A DNA stretch of 64,000 nt from an uncultured Phycisphaerales bacterium. Its GTDB lineage: Bacteria > Planctomycetota > Phycisphaerae > Tepidisphaerales > Tepidisphaeraceae. The first letter of the stretch is position 1, and the number at the start of each line of letters is the position of its first letter. The position numbers and the translations under genes were made by a program. Positions 32,701-41,535 of this stretch are shown one piece after another. The stretch is taken from contig CAVWLP010000003.1 in NCBI GenBank assembly GCA_963755915.1, positions 384,001 through 448,000 on the forward strand, written 5' to 3'. A model generated the notes under the pieces. That model was not told the DNA's origin and did no database searches. It worked only from the letters and a program-made list of their open reading frames with translations.

Positions 32701-33439
32701 TAGTTATACGGGCGGCACGACAGTTAGCGCGGGCACGCTGCTTATCAGTGCGGCCAGCGCGCTGCCGGACAGCACGGCGACGATAACCGGTGGTACGCTG
32801 CAACTCGGGGAGGGTATCGGGCTGACGCAGTTGACGTCTCTTTCGATCACGGGCAGCGGGGAGCTGGATATCCGGAACAATCATCTGGTCATCAGCTACG
32901 GGGCAAGCGATCCGATGTCGACGATCTATGGGTACCTTCTCTCAGGCTACAGCAACGACGCGATGGATGGGCCGGGGATTTTTTCTTCCGATGCGCGGAT
33001 ACCGCAAAATGGGGAGCAATATGGGGTTGGATTTGCGGATGGGAGGGATGGCGTGGTTGCCGGCCTGAGTTCGGGGCAGATCGAAATCAAATATACGTTG
33101 CTGGGGGATGCGAATCTGGACGGGGTGGTGAATGGGAGCGACTTCAGCATCCTGGCCGCCAATTTCGGGCTGGGATCCACGAACTGGGACCAGGGGAATT
33201 TCTGGTTTAGCTCGTCCGTGAACGGGTCTGATTTCAGCGCGCTGGCGGCCAACTTCGGGCAGGGAGACGAGGGGGCGGCGGTTTCGGTTTCACCGGCGGA
33301 TTTCGCGGCGCTGGATGCGTTTGCCCAGGCGAATGGGCTGATGGCGGATGTGCCGGAGCCGGGAGTGATTGGGGCGCTGGTGATGGCGCCGGTGCTGCTG
33401 GGGCGGCGAAGATTCCGCGAGCGAATTCAGCGGTTATAA
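29783..33439 (+). CDS. Large PEP-CTERM protein: trypsin-like protease, autotransporter-type beta-strand repeats, LamG domain, dockerin-like domain
   Basis: WVLTAQH / D / GDSGS triad; KxGxGTLTL..YTG.T repeats; LamG pattern; GDANLDG..DF duplicated; VPEPG..RRR. Confidence 0.88.
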   Translation: MDTIKGRAEGKRRARARIGRAVGATVVGIGLSRAALAVDWNGTDPGSSAISTTGLTDNYGQFVDESVIYNNDIGARGTCTYLGNGWVLTAQHVVQSTNGYGTFAPLSDIEVNVYGTYYTAESEVGFGSTDAMLVQLAGANSGPITLLPGVQRTQIYTGSSENGNLEQVGGFGLYGEISSGTNGTNTTFYRGFNVASADGGFIDVNADGNSKLVQDGYVLGYQQAGDSGSGLWMDNGPDQDLNLNDWSLIGVCDQATTPGYFGDEGNYSRVSSFAGTIDSTVFPHAWLTWNANNSTTTATDGPGTWNLSTANFTDGTNFAFNGPEQTQIVTFGAGNGAAGTVTLGATIPVDSITFNAAGSGNYTIAGGSGTSLNLSPDSIITTNVNATISAAMTGGSNSDEGYGTFPSFWNVTKNGTATLTLTGTTSLASGVAFYARAGTTLLSSGSFAPGFYTSVGVYTGDTATLTLSGSSTYSDARQDFNLADLGGNGTLYVQNSASLTAGTIYVGKGSSGLTGAGGVGTVNQSGGTVTASSMSLATNHPLSSGTYNFNGGNLVTAAITGGLGTSTFNFNGGQLVASANSTTLMQNLTSATINGAANINTNGFNVTLNQPLLHSNAAPTIDGGLSKVGGGTLTLGGLSTYTGPTVISAGTVMLNPAAGAAAVAIQPVASYSFDNVSGSTVINGGSGGSAMNGTLTGNATIVSGGRFGNAVSLSNGGSVVVDNPITDTGGAANWTISAWVNTTTPGAAIMDKSDGSTWTWDNSVFYLGDGSAGGSGGTPSAVRYGRGFFQAASNTPAVDNGTWQMVTYVDAAGNYSIYTDGHQVALSSGNAGFEQAVEQGSVVSFGITTDSVAGDGTVDFNGMMDEIQIFSQALSPSQITSLYTTDSPNPAPASSVLPSTTSVTLAGGTTLNVNGISQTIGSLSGSSGSVVQLGSGQLTVSTSSSSSFAGSISGTGGSLIKSGGGTLSLSGSDSYTGGTTVSAGTLLISAASALPDSTATITGGTLQLGEGIGLTQLTSLSITGSGELDIRNNHLVISYGASDPMSTIYGYLLSGYSNDAMDGPGIFSSDARIPQNGEQYGVGFADGRDGVVAGLSSGQIEIKYTLLGDANLDGVVNGSDFSILAANFGLGSTNWDQGNFWFSSSVNGSDFSALAANFGQGDEGAAVSVSPADFAALDAFAQANGLMADVPEPGVIGALVMAPVLLGRRRFRERIQRL

Positions 33440-34652
33440 CCAGATTTTTGCCTCGGGTTTTTGCAGGACGACAATCCACCCCGGCACGTCCTGGTTTTGT
33501 TCGGTGCGCAGCGTCGCGATGCGGGCGGAGATTTCTTTCAGGCCGGAGGCGGCGGCGAGGTCGCGAATGTATTGAATCGAATGTGCGAAACGCGAACTGG
33601 CGTGCAGGTGAAAGCCTTCGCCTTGGTAACTCTCCGCGGTGAACGCGAGCAGGCCGCCATGTTTCAAGCGGCGCGCCGATGCCGGCATGAACTGCGTTAA
33701 ATCTCCGACATAAATCAGCACGTCGCCGGCGACGATGAGGTCGTATTGCTGCGTCTCGGAATCGAGTGCCGCGAGGACATCGGCTTCGACAAGGCGGTCG
33801 TAGACGCCGCGGGCCTCTGCGGCCCTGAGCATCTTTGGGGCGAGATCAACACCGACAATTTGGCGCGCGGGGGCGGAACTCCAGGCCGCACAGGCCCGTG
33901 CCGCAGCCCAGGTCGAGGATGTCCAGATCGGTCCTGTCGGTGGCTTTGAGCACGTCCTCCCGGAGCAGTTTGGGGCCGCAATAGTTCAGCATGCCGAGGA
34001 GATGTTCATCAAATCTCCGGGCGTAAGAATCGAACCACCGGCGCACGATTGGGGCCGGCACCGTCGTCACCGACTGATCTCCCTTCATCGCGCGAAGTCG
34101 AAACTGCCATCCGGCCCGGTCGGGGCAAATCCGCACGGCCTGCTCCATCATGCGAATGGCCTCGTCCATTCGGCCCAATCGTTTCAGGCAACGGCTCAGG
34201 TCCTGATATGCGTCGGCAAAATCGGGGGCAGTGCGCACGGCCTGATTGTAAAAAGCGATTGCCTCCTCGTGTCGGCCTTTCCGGCGCAAAAGATCCGCGA
34301 TGTTGTAGTGGGCCAGCGCGAAATCAGGGCGCAGCTCGATTGCCTTTTGCCACGCGGCAGCCGCGCCCGCTACGTCTTTCATATCCCGCAGGGCGCAGCC
34401 CAGATCGTTGTGGAAATCCGCAACCGAGGGGGCGATCTCGACAGCGCGCGAAATCAGCGCCGCTGCCTCCTCGTAACGTGAAGACTGAAGGGCGACGACG
34501 CCAAGCAAATGAAGCGCGTCGGCATTGTTAGGATCCCGCTGAACGGCACGTTCATATGTCCGCCTGGCATCCTCAAACTGTCCTTTTCCGTGAAGCCGCA
34601 GACCCTCCTCCAGAAGTTCGCGGGTCGAAGGCTCGGCAGGATCAGCGCTCAT
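33434..34652 (-). CDS. TPR + SAM-dependent methyltransferase, frameshift near 33860
   Basis: TPRs, FDSYARRFDEHL, LDLGCGTGLCG, then DLIVAGDVLIYVGDL, RFAHS. Confidence 0.88.
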
Positions 34653-34679
34653 GGGATTCCCGGGGCGATCTCATATATT

Positions 34680-36371
34680 TTACATCCACCAATTCAAATC
34701 GATATGCCCAAAGATGCTGTCGTGCTGGTCCATTTCCGCAAGCTCGATTTTCCGCAGGTCTGACAATGGCCTTCCTGCTGCCAGTTCCTCCGCCATGAGC
34801 GTGGCGCGGTCAAAATTGGTGGCGTGGCCGGAGAATCGCTGGATGCCGTAGTCCACCGCCCCGTAGGTGTGGACGACGAAGGGCCAGTCGCTAGCTTGCA
34901 GCAGCAGCAGTTGCCGGCCGGCGCGCTGCATCATCTGCTCGATCTGCGGGTTTTGTTTCCAGGGAAGCTCGTGCAACAGTTTCAGCATCCGGTTTTCAGC
35001 GCGGTATTCGATCTCCCACATCCAGCGGTTGCGGTCGTTGATCCAGACGCTGTGGTTCCCCTTTTCGCCCCAGGAGCCTTCGGGCATGCGCATGACCTTG
35101 TCGGGCGGATAGTGGTAGAGGGCCTCCTCGGCTGTCATGAGCTTCACTTCCTTGTCGTGGGCGAGGGTGAGGACGACGTCGCGAAGGAAGCGCGGGCCTT
35201 CGAACCACCAGTGGCCGAAGAGCTCGGCGTCGAAGGGGGCGACGCAGACTCCATGCCGGCCGGTGCGGTTGCGATGCTCGCGCAGCACCTCGCGCACGAC
35301 GTTACAGAAATGCTGGGCGTGCTCGTAGATTTTGGCGGCGACGTCGTCGGGATAATAGGGGTCCTTGTCGCCGAGGCCGGCCTTGTTGTTGGTGACTTTC
35401 CAGTAGCGCAGTCCGCGTTCGTTGTATTTTTTGTGGAATTCGAGGTAGATGCCGTTGCCGGGGTAACCGATGGCGCCGCTCCAGACCTGCTCGCTGACGC
35501 GCGGGTGACGGCCGAAGGCGAAGCATTTGGGGGCTTCGGAACGACTGTTTACGCCGGTGGGCTCCAGAATGTCGCGCCAGCCCCGGTGAGAATCCCAATG
35601 AAGCTGCGATTCGTTGATGGGGTGATAATTGCCCTGGTCGAATGTCCCCAGCGGATGTCCGCCGGTGATGAGATGGGTGTCGACGAAGAAATGGGTGACG
35701 CCCGCGGCGGCAATGAAATTCTCGATGCCCACGCGGTGGCGGGCGTTGTCGTAGAGGACCGAGGGGAGCCAGTGGTCCCATTCGGGGCGGTAGGCGCATT
35801 CGGGGAGCCACATGCCGCGCGGCTTCATGCCGAGCCGTTTTTCGCTCGTGTACAGGCCCGCCGACATCTGCGCCGACATCGACTGGTCGTTCAACATCAG
35901 CGGCATATACGCATGGGTGGCGTTGCTGGTGAGAATCTGAATGTGGCCTTCGCGAAACCTCTGTGCGAACTCCGCGGGAATATCCCGTTTAATCCGGTCG
36001 AAATGAGCCAGGCGATCCTGGTGCCACTTTTCCCACTGACCGGCGAGGTAGGCGAAGTGCAATTCGTTGCGCGATTCGAATTCCTTCCGATCGGCAGCGG
36101 CGCGGGCGGCGCGCTCGTTAAGATATTCCGAAAATCCGGCCTTGAACCGGTCGTGCGAGAGCTGCTCAAGCAGTACCGGTGTCAAACCGATAGTCAACGC
36201 GGGACGGGCCTTGAGGAGGGCGCACTCGCCGACCATATCCAGAATCGGCAGATACGTTTCCGCCGCCGCCTCAAACAGCCACGCCTCACCATGGGGATAC
36301 GAGCCGTGATTCAGGACGTAAGGCAGGTGTCCGTGGAGGACGATGCAAAGCGTGCCGAGTGGGTCACTCAT
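34680..36371 (-). CDS. GH57 1,4-alpha-glucan branching enzyme
   Basis: LHGHLPYV, ETYLP, WLPECAY, PFDAELFGHWWFEG, QASDWPF. Confidence 0.93.
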   Translation of the reverse strand: MSDPLGTLCIVLHGHLPYVLNHGSYPHGEAWLFEAAAETYLPILDMVGECALLKARPALTIGLTPVLLEQLSHDRFKAGFSEYLNERAARAAADRKEFESRNELHFAYLAGQWEKWHQDRLAHFDRIKRDIPAEFAQRFREGHIQILTSNATHAYMPLMLNDQSMSAQMSAGLYTSEKRLGMKPRGMWLPECAYRPEWDHWLPSVLYDNARHRVGIENFIAAAGVTHFFVDTHLITGGHPLGTFDQGNYHPINESQLHWDSHRGWRDILEPTGVNSRSEAPKCFAFGRHPRVSEQVWSGAIGYPGNGIYLEFHKKYNERGLRYWKVTNNKAGLGDKDPYYPDDVAAKIYEHAQHFCNVVREVLREHRNRTGRHGVCVAPFDAELFGHWWFEGPRFLRDVVLTLAHDKEVKLMTAEEALYHYPPDKVMRMPEGSWGEKGNHSVWINDRNRWMWEIEYRAENRMLKLLHELPWKQNPQIEQMMQRAGRQLLLLQASDWPFVVHTYGAVDYGIQRFSGHATNFDRATLMAEELAAGRPLSDLRKIELAEMDQHDSIFGHIDLNWWM

Positions 36372-36581
36372 AGATGAAATGTAACAGCGGCCGGGCACTT
36401 TGTGCTATCGCACTGCCAGCGGATGCGAATGTCTCTGAAAAATGAACCGAAATTCAGGTGAAGAGCTATGGATAAAGCTTGTCAAGAATATGTTAAGGAG
36501 GGTAAACTTGGGCTTTTGCGGGTCGGCACGCGCGTGGACCGACACACGCGGAGTTGGTCATCTCGTACAGAGGGCGGCCAA

Positions 36582-37070
36582 ATGCTCCAGCAACCGCACG
36601 TCTTTCCGTCGATGCCCCAGATCGGCATGTCGGAGTCGCAGTACGCAAACTTGGCGCGACAGGCCGACAGCGACGGTAATATGTACGCCCACGAAGCCGC
36701 CAAGGTGGGGCAATACATCACCCTGGCCCTGGACATTCATCTCGATTGGCCGGCGAAACTGAGATATTTCCTGCATGCACTGCGCCGGCACTGCGTTCCA
36801 CCGCCAGTGCCGGATGAGCCCGTCTGGGTCTTTTACCGCGATCTGGCCGATTTGGTGCGCAAATACGCGGGGCACGAGGCGCTGCGTCTGGCCAGCGCGG
36901 AAGACGATATCTATGCCACCCGGCTTGCCCTCGGCGCAGAACGGGAGGCTGTGGAGGGCGATGCGGAAGTCTTTTTCTCCCAACTCCTTGGGACCGGCGA
37001 TAAACGCCCGGACTGGATGAGCGAGGAAGACTGGTCGCAGTTGAAGCTCATTCGGGATCAATGGATTTAG
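36582..37070 (+). CDS. Hypothetical protein
   Basis: Open frame with GAGGG before ATG 36582; protein-like composition. Confidence 0.7.
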   Translation: MLQQPHVFPSMPQIGMSESQYANLARQADSDGNMYAHEAAKVGQYITLALDIHLDWPAKLRYFLHALRRHCVPPPVPDEPVWVFYRDLADLVRKYAGHEALRLASAEDDIYATRLALGAEREAVEGDAEVFFSQLLGTGDKRPDWMSEEDWSQLKLIRDQWI

Positions 37071-37073
37071 GGC

Positions 37074-37193
37074 GAAATCCGAAACCAGAAATCCGAATCA
37101 AACCCGAATTCAGAATGACCGAATGGGAATTCCTTAATTCGTCATTCGGCATTCTGGTTTGATTCTGGTTTCTGGTTTCGGAATTCTGGTTTC
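37074..37193. repeat. Inverted repeat of AAATCCG/AAACCAG-like heptamers between convergent genes
   Basis: GAAATCCGAAACCAGAAATCCGAATCAAACC mirrored by GGTTTGATTCTGGTTTCTGGTTTCGGAATTC. Confidence 0.85.
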
Positions 37194-37195
37194 TA

Positions 37196-37444
37196 CTACG
37201 GCCCATGCCTCATCATCCTCAATATCGAATGCACGGCGACGGTCAGAAGAAACGACGTCAATCCCGTGTAGGTGAGCACCCTTTCGATCAGCGAAAGATC
37301 CTTCCAATAGATCTCGCTCGAGCTTCGGCGGGCTGACTCTTCCACTTTTCGTTCCCACCAAAGGGAGCGGACCTGCACAAAGGTGAACATGAAGAGGCTC
37401 ACCGCCAAAGAAACGCCCAAGAAGATGGCCCAGAATAGAGGCAT
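37196..37444 (-). CDS. Small two-TM hypothetical protein
   Basis: Two hydrophobic helices; flanked by heptamer repeats. Confidence 0.55.
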   Translation of the reverse strand: MPLFWAIFLGVSLAVSLFMFTFVQVRSLWWERKVEESARRSSSEIYWKDLSLIERVLTYTGLTSFLLTVAVHSILRMMRHGP

Positions 37445-37520
37445 GCGTCGATAAGTCGGCCGGGGATTCTACAGTTATCCGGCAATTTTGCAGCGACTAC
37501 GCCTTCCACCGCCCGGTTTT

Positions 37521-37575
37521 GGTCATTCGAATTTCGAATTTGATTCGAATTTCGAGTTTCAAGCTTCGAATTTCG
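37521..37575. repeat. TTCGAAT heptamer tandem array
   Basis: ATTCGAATTTCGAATTTGATTCGAATTTCGAGTTTCAAGCTTCGAATTTC. Confidence 0.8.
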
Positions 37576-37684
37576 CATTTCCCCCCTCCTTCCCCCCGCC
37601 CCATCTTTTCGGCTATACTCCCCAATTCTCCCCGCTGCGGGCTGTCCGGGCGGGGGATTTTATTCTGTGGAGTCGAGGTTTCAC

Positions 37685-39151
37685 ATGGCAGACGAACAAA
37701 TTGCCCCCCCTGCTGACGCCGCCGCCAATACGGCCGTCCAGGAACCGGAGGCAAGTCCTTATCAGATCAAAGTCGAGGATGCGGGTCCGGCGACCAAGAA
37801 AATCTCCGTCGAGGTGCCCCAGGAAGTGATCGCCAACCGCCTGGCAGAGCAGTTCAAGCAGCTTCGCCGCGAGGCGGCTGTGCCGGGGTTCAGGCCCGGA
37901 CATGCGCCGCAGAAGCTGATCGAAAAGCGCTTTCACAACGACGTGCGCGACCAGGTTCGGCGCACCATCATCAGCGAAAGCTACGAGCAGGCGATTTCAC
38001 GCAATTCGCTGACCGTGATCGGCGAGCCGCAGTTTGATAATCCCGATGAGATCAAGCTCCCGGAGACGGGGAACCTCACCTATTCGTTCGAGATCGAGGT
38101 TCAGCCGCTGATTAACCTTCCCTCGCTCACGGGGCTGCACGTGCGCAAGCCGCGCGTCGAGGTGAAGGAAGAGCACGTCGACCAGGCGATGATGAACCTC
38201 CGCCAGCAGCAGGGAATCCTCGTGCCGGTCGAAGACCGCGGCGTGGAGGCGGGCGATTATCTCGTGGCCGACATTCACGTGAAGCTCGACGGCAACGTCG
38301 TCACCCATCAGCACGATGCCCAGGTCATCGTGAAGCCGGGCCGCTTCGCGGGAATTCAGATCGACGACCTCGACGTCAAGCTCCAGGGCCAGAAGCCCGG
38401 CGAGAAGCGGGAATTCACCGTTTCCGTCCCCGAATCGAACGCCAACGAACAGATCCGCGGCAAAGACGTGCTCGTCGAGACCGATCTGAAAGACATCAAG
38501 AAGCTGGAGCTTGCCGAGATCAACCAGGATTTCCTCGACAGCCTTGGATTCACGGACGAGAAGGAACTGCGTGCGGCACTTCGCGAGCAGATGGTGGAGC
38601 GCGTGGAGTATGACGTGCAGCAATCGATGCGCGACCAGGTGAATAACTACCTGCTCCAGAATGTCTACATGGATTTGCCGACCAAGCTTTCCGATCGTCA
38701 GGCCGACCGGGTTCTGAAGCGCCGGCGGATCGAATTCCTGATGCGCGGCATGCCGGAAGACCAGGCGGATGCCCGCATCGAGACCCTGCGTGAAACCGTG
38801 AAGGACGAGGCGGTTCGCGATCTGAAGCTGTTCTTCATTCTTCAAAAGATCGCGACCGATTTTAACGTCGACGTCAACGAAGCCGAGCTCAATGGCCGCA
38901 TCGCGCTCCTGGCGGCACAGTCCGGAAAACGCCCGGAAAAGCTCAAGCAGGAAATGTCGGCCGATGGGTCGCTTCTGAGCATGTACGTCCAGATGCGCGA
39001 GCAGAAGGCGATCGACAAGGTTTTGGAGACGGCCAAGATCGAGGAAGTCGATCTCGATGCCGTCAAACCGGAACTGGCCGCCGGTGGCGAGCCGGCGCCT
39101 GGTGGCGAGCCAACTGGGCCGTCGGGACCGTCGGCGCCATCGGGACAGTAG
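37685..39151 (+). CDS. tig: Trigger factor
   Basis: VPGFRPGHAP ribosome-binding signature; FKBP and C-terminal domains. Confidence 0.95.
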   Translation: MADEQIAPPADAAANTAVQEPEASPYQIKVEDAGPATKKISVEVPQEVIANRLAEQFKQLRREAAVPGFRPGHAPQKLIEKRFHNDVRDQVRRTIISESYEQAISRNSLTVIGEPQFDNPDEIKLPETGNLTYSFEIEVQPLINLPSLTGLHVRKPRVEVKEEHVDQAMMNLRQQQGILVPVEDRGVEAGDYLVADIHVKLDGNVVTHQHDAQVIVKPGRFAGIQIDDLDVKLQGQKPGEKREFTVSVPESNANEQIRGKDVLVETDLKDIKKLELAEINQDFLDSLGFTDEKELRAALREQMVERVEYDVQQSMRDQVNNYLLQNVYMDLPTKLSDRQADRVLKRRRIEFLMRGMPEDQADARIETLRETVKDEAVRDLKLFFILQKIATDFNVDVNEAELNGRIALLAAQSGKRPEKLKQEMSADGSLLSMYVQMREQKAIDKVLETAKIEEVDLDAVKPELAAGGEPAPGGEPTGPSGPSAPSGQ

Positions 39152-39154
39152 CCC

Positions 39155-40417
39155 ATGTCACGCATCAACGCCCCGCGCGGCACCGCGGATACGCTTCCCG
39201 CAGAGAGCTGGAAATGGCAGGCGGTGGAGGCGATCGCGCGGGAAGTGGCGACGCTCTATCACTTCGCGGAAATCCGCACCCCCGTTTACGAATTCAGCGA
39301 GCTGTTTCACCGCGGCGTTGGTGAAAATACCGACATCGTCAGCAAGGAAACATTCACCTTCAACGATCGCGGCGGCGAATCGATCACCCTTCGCCCGGAA
39401 GGGACCGCCGGCGTTGTCCGCGCGGCCATTGAAAACAATCTCATCGCGCAGGAGGGTTCACGCGCGAAACTTTTTTACATAGGCCCGAATTTCCGATACG
39501 AGCGCCCGCAGAAGGGCCGCCTGCGCCAGCACCATCAGTTTGGCGTGGAAGCATTCGGCATTGCCGAGCCGGAACAGGATGTCGAATGCATCCTCCTTCA
39601 GCTCGATTTCTATCGACGGTGCGGGATCAGGGATTTCGATCTGCAGATCAACAGTCTTGGAGACAAGGAGAGCAAACAGCGGCATCGAGAAGCGCTGGTG
39701 AATTTCCTAACGCCCAAGGCCTCGCAACTCAGCGAGGAAAGCCGGCGGCGGCTGACTGAAAATCCCCTGCGGATTCTGGACAGCAAGGATCCGCGCGATC
39801 ATGAAGCCTGCGCCGGAGCGCCGCCGGCGGCGGAGTTTCTTTCTGATTACAGCCGGCAGCATTTCCAGCGGGTTGGGGAGATTTTGAACGCGGCTTCGGT
39901 GCCGTTTACGGTCAATCCCAATCTCGTGCGCGGTTTCGATTATTACACCGGCACAGTTTGGGAAGTCACGACTTCGGGCCTGGGAGCGCAAAACGCCATC
40001 GGCGGCGGCGGGAGATATGACAACCTGGTCGAAAGCCTGGGCGGAAGGCCGACGCCGGGGCTGGGATTTGGAATCGGACTGGAACGCCTGCTGATCGCGC
40101 TGGAATCGCAGAAGGTTACTCTGGCTGATCCGCGAAGGCCGCTCATCTGGATCGTCTCGCTGGGCACGACTGCCAAAGAGTCGGCGTGGAAATTGCTCGG
40201 CGAGTTGCGTGCCGGCGGCATCGCTGCCGACATGGACCTCAGCGGTCGCTCCGCCAAAGCGCAATTCAAAATCGCCGACCGGGAATCGGCGAAATTTTGT
40301 GTCGTTCTCGGCGACGACGAACTGGCCCGACAGCAAGTGAAGCTCAAGAATCTCGCCACCGGCGAAGAGACGTCCATCCTCCGCACAGAACTGATTTCCC
40401 GGCTCAAATCGGCCTGA
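39155..40417 (+). CDS. hisS: Histidine--tRNA ligase
   Basis: PRGTAD, LRPEGTA, FRYERPQKGRLRQHHQFG, LVRGFDYY, GGGRYD, GIGLER. Confidence 0.97.
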   Translation: MSRINAPRGTADTLPAESWKWQAVEAIAREVATLYHFAEIRTPVYEFSELFHRGVGENTDIVSKETFTFNDRGGESITLRPEGTAGVVRAAIENNLIAQEGSRAKLFYIGPNFRYERPQKGRLRQHHQFGVEAFGIAEPEQDVECILLQLDFYRRCGIRDFDLQINSLGDKESKQRHREALVNFLTPKASQLSEESRRRLTENPLRILDSKDPRDHEACAGAPPAAEFLSDYSRQHFQRVGEILNAASVPFTVNPNLVRGFDYYTGTVWEVTTSGLGAQNAIGGGGRYDNLVESLGGRPTPGLGFGIGLERLLIALESQKVTLADPRRPLIWIVSLGTTAKESAWKLLGELRAGGIAADMDLSGRSAKAQFKIADRESAKFCVVLGDDELARQQVKLKNLATGEETSILRTELISRLKSA

Positions 40418-40447
40418 ATCCGCCACCAATGAAAGGAAACCGCGAAC

Positions 40448-41220
40448 ATGAAACGCTACCGCGCCATCGCGGCTTACTACGATGCGGAATATCAGCGCCA
40501 CCCGACGCTGAAATTCGATGTTCCGATGCTTCTCAAGCACATCGGCGCAAAAAACAATCGATTCTCGAGCTGGCCACGGGCACAGGTCGCGTCGCCATTC
40601 CACTGGCCAAGGCCGGCCATCGGGTCGTCGGCGTCGACTACGCCCCGGACATGCTGAAAATCGCCCGCAAAAAACGCGCTGCGGCGGGCATTTCCGCGAA
40701 GCAATTAACTCTCGTACAGCAAAACGCCCTGCGGCTCAAACTCAACGAAAAATTCGATTGGGCCGTGCTCGTTTTCAACACCATCCTGGCGTTTCCAACG
40801 CTCGAAGAACTCGACGCCGTCCTGGCCGGCGTGGTGCGGCATCTGAAACCGGACGGAAAATTCTGGGTCGAGATGTTTCAGCCGAACCTGGAGATTCTCG
40901 CCCGTCCCAAATCCGAAAAACTCGACCCGGCCCTGATGTATATCCCCGAGCTGAAGCGCACCGTTTACCGGGAAACGACCGTGGTGCGCGATCCATCGAA
41001 GCAGATTCAGGAGATCACTTTCACCTATCGCTGGTTCGATCCCAAAGGCCGCCCGCACGAGGAGAAACTGCGATTTGAGCTGACGTACATTTTCCCGCGC
41101 GAGCTGCGGATTCTGCTCGAGCGCAATGGGCTGACGATCAAAAAACTATACGGCGATTACGACGGCAGCCGGCTGACGGCAGATTCGCCACGGATGATTG
41201 CGATGTGCGGGTTGAGATAA
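40448..41220 (+). CDS. Class I SAM-dependent methyltransferase, frameshift near 40555
   Basis: IAAYYDAEY, then ILELATGTGRV..GVD. Confidence 0.85.
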
Positions 41221-41290
41221 CATCGGGAACGTCTCGGTCGTGGTTGCTTCGTCTGGTCAAAGTCGGCAAACTTCGGATATACTCCAGTCC

Positions 41291-41533
41291 GTGACAATTC
41301 AAGAACTCCAGCTTCACCACGCGCAAAGGCCTTTCGAGCCGTTTCGGCTTTTAGTCGCTGACGGACGCAGCTACGAGGTTCGGCATCCCGAGCGATTGGC
41401 GTCGCTGCGTAGCGGGAGAATGATTTCCGTCGCGACTGACACGGGCTTCGTGATCCTCGACCTGCTTCTGGTGACAGGATTGGAGAAGCCGATCGGGAGG
41501 CGTGCAGCGGGTTCAAGACGCCGGGCGTCTTAG
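41291..41533 (+). CDS. Small hypothetical protein (RPFEPFRL..DGRSYEVRHPE type)
   Basis: TATACT 7 nt before GTG; motif pattern recalled from small planctomycete proteins. Confidence 0.7.
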   Translation: MTIQELQLHHAQRPFEPFRLLVADGRSYEVRHPERLASLRSGRMISVATDTGFVILDLLLVTGLEKPIGRRAAGSRRRAS

Positions 41534-41535
41534 GA

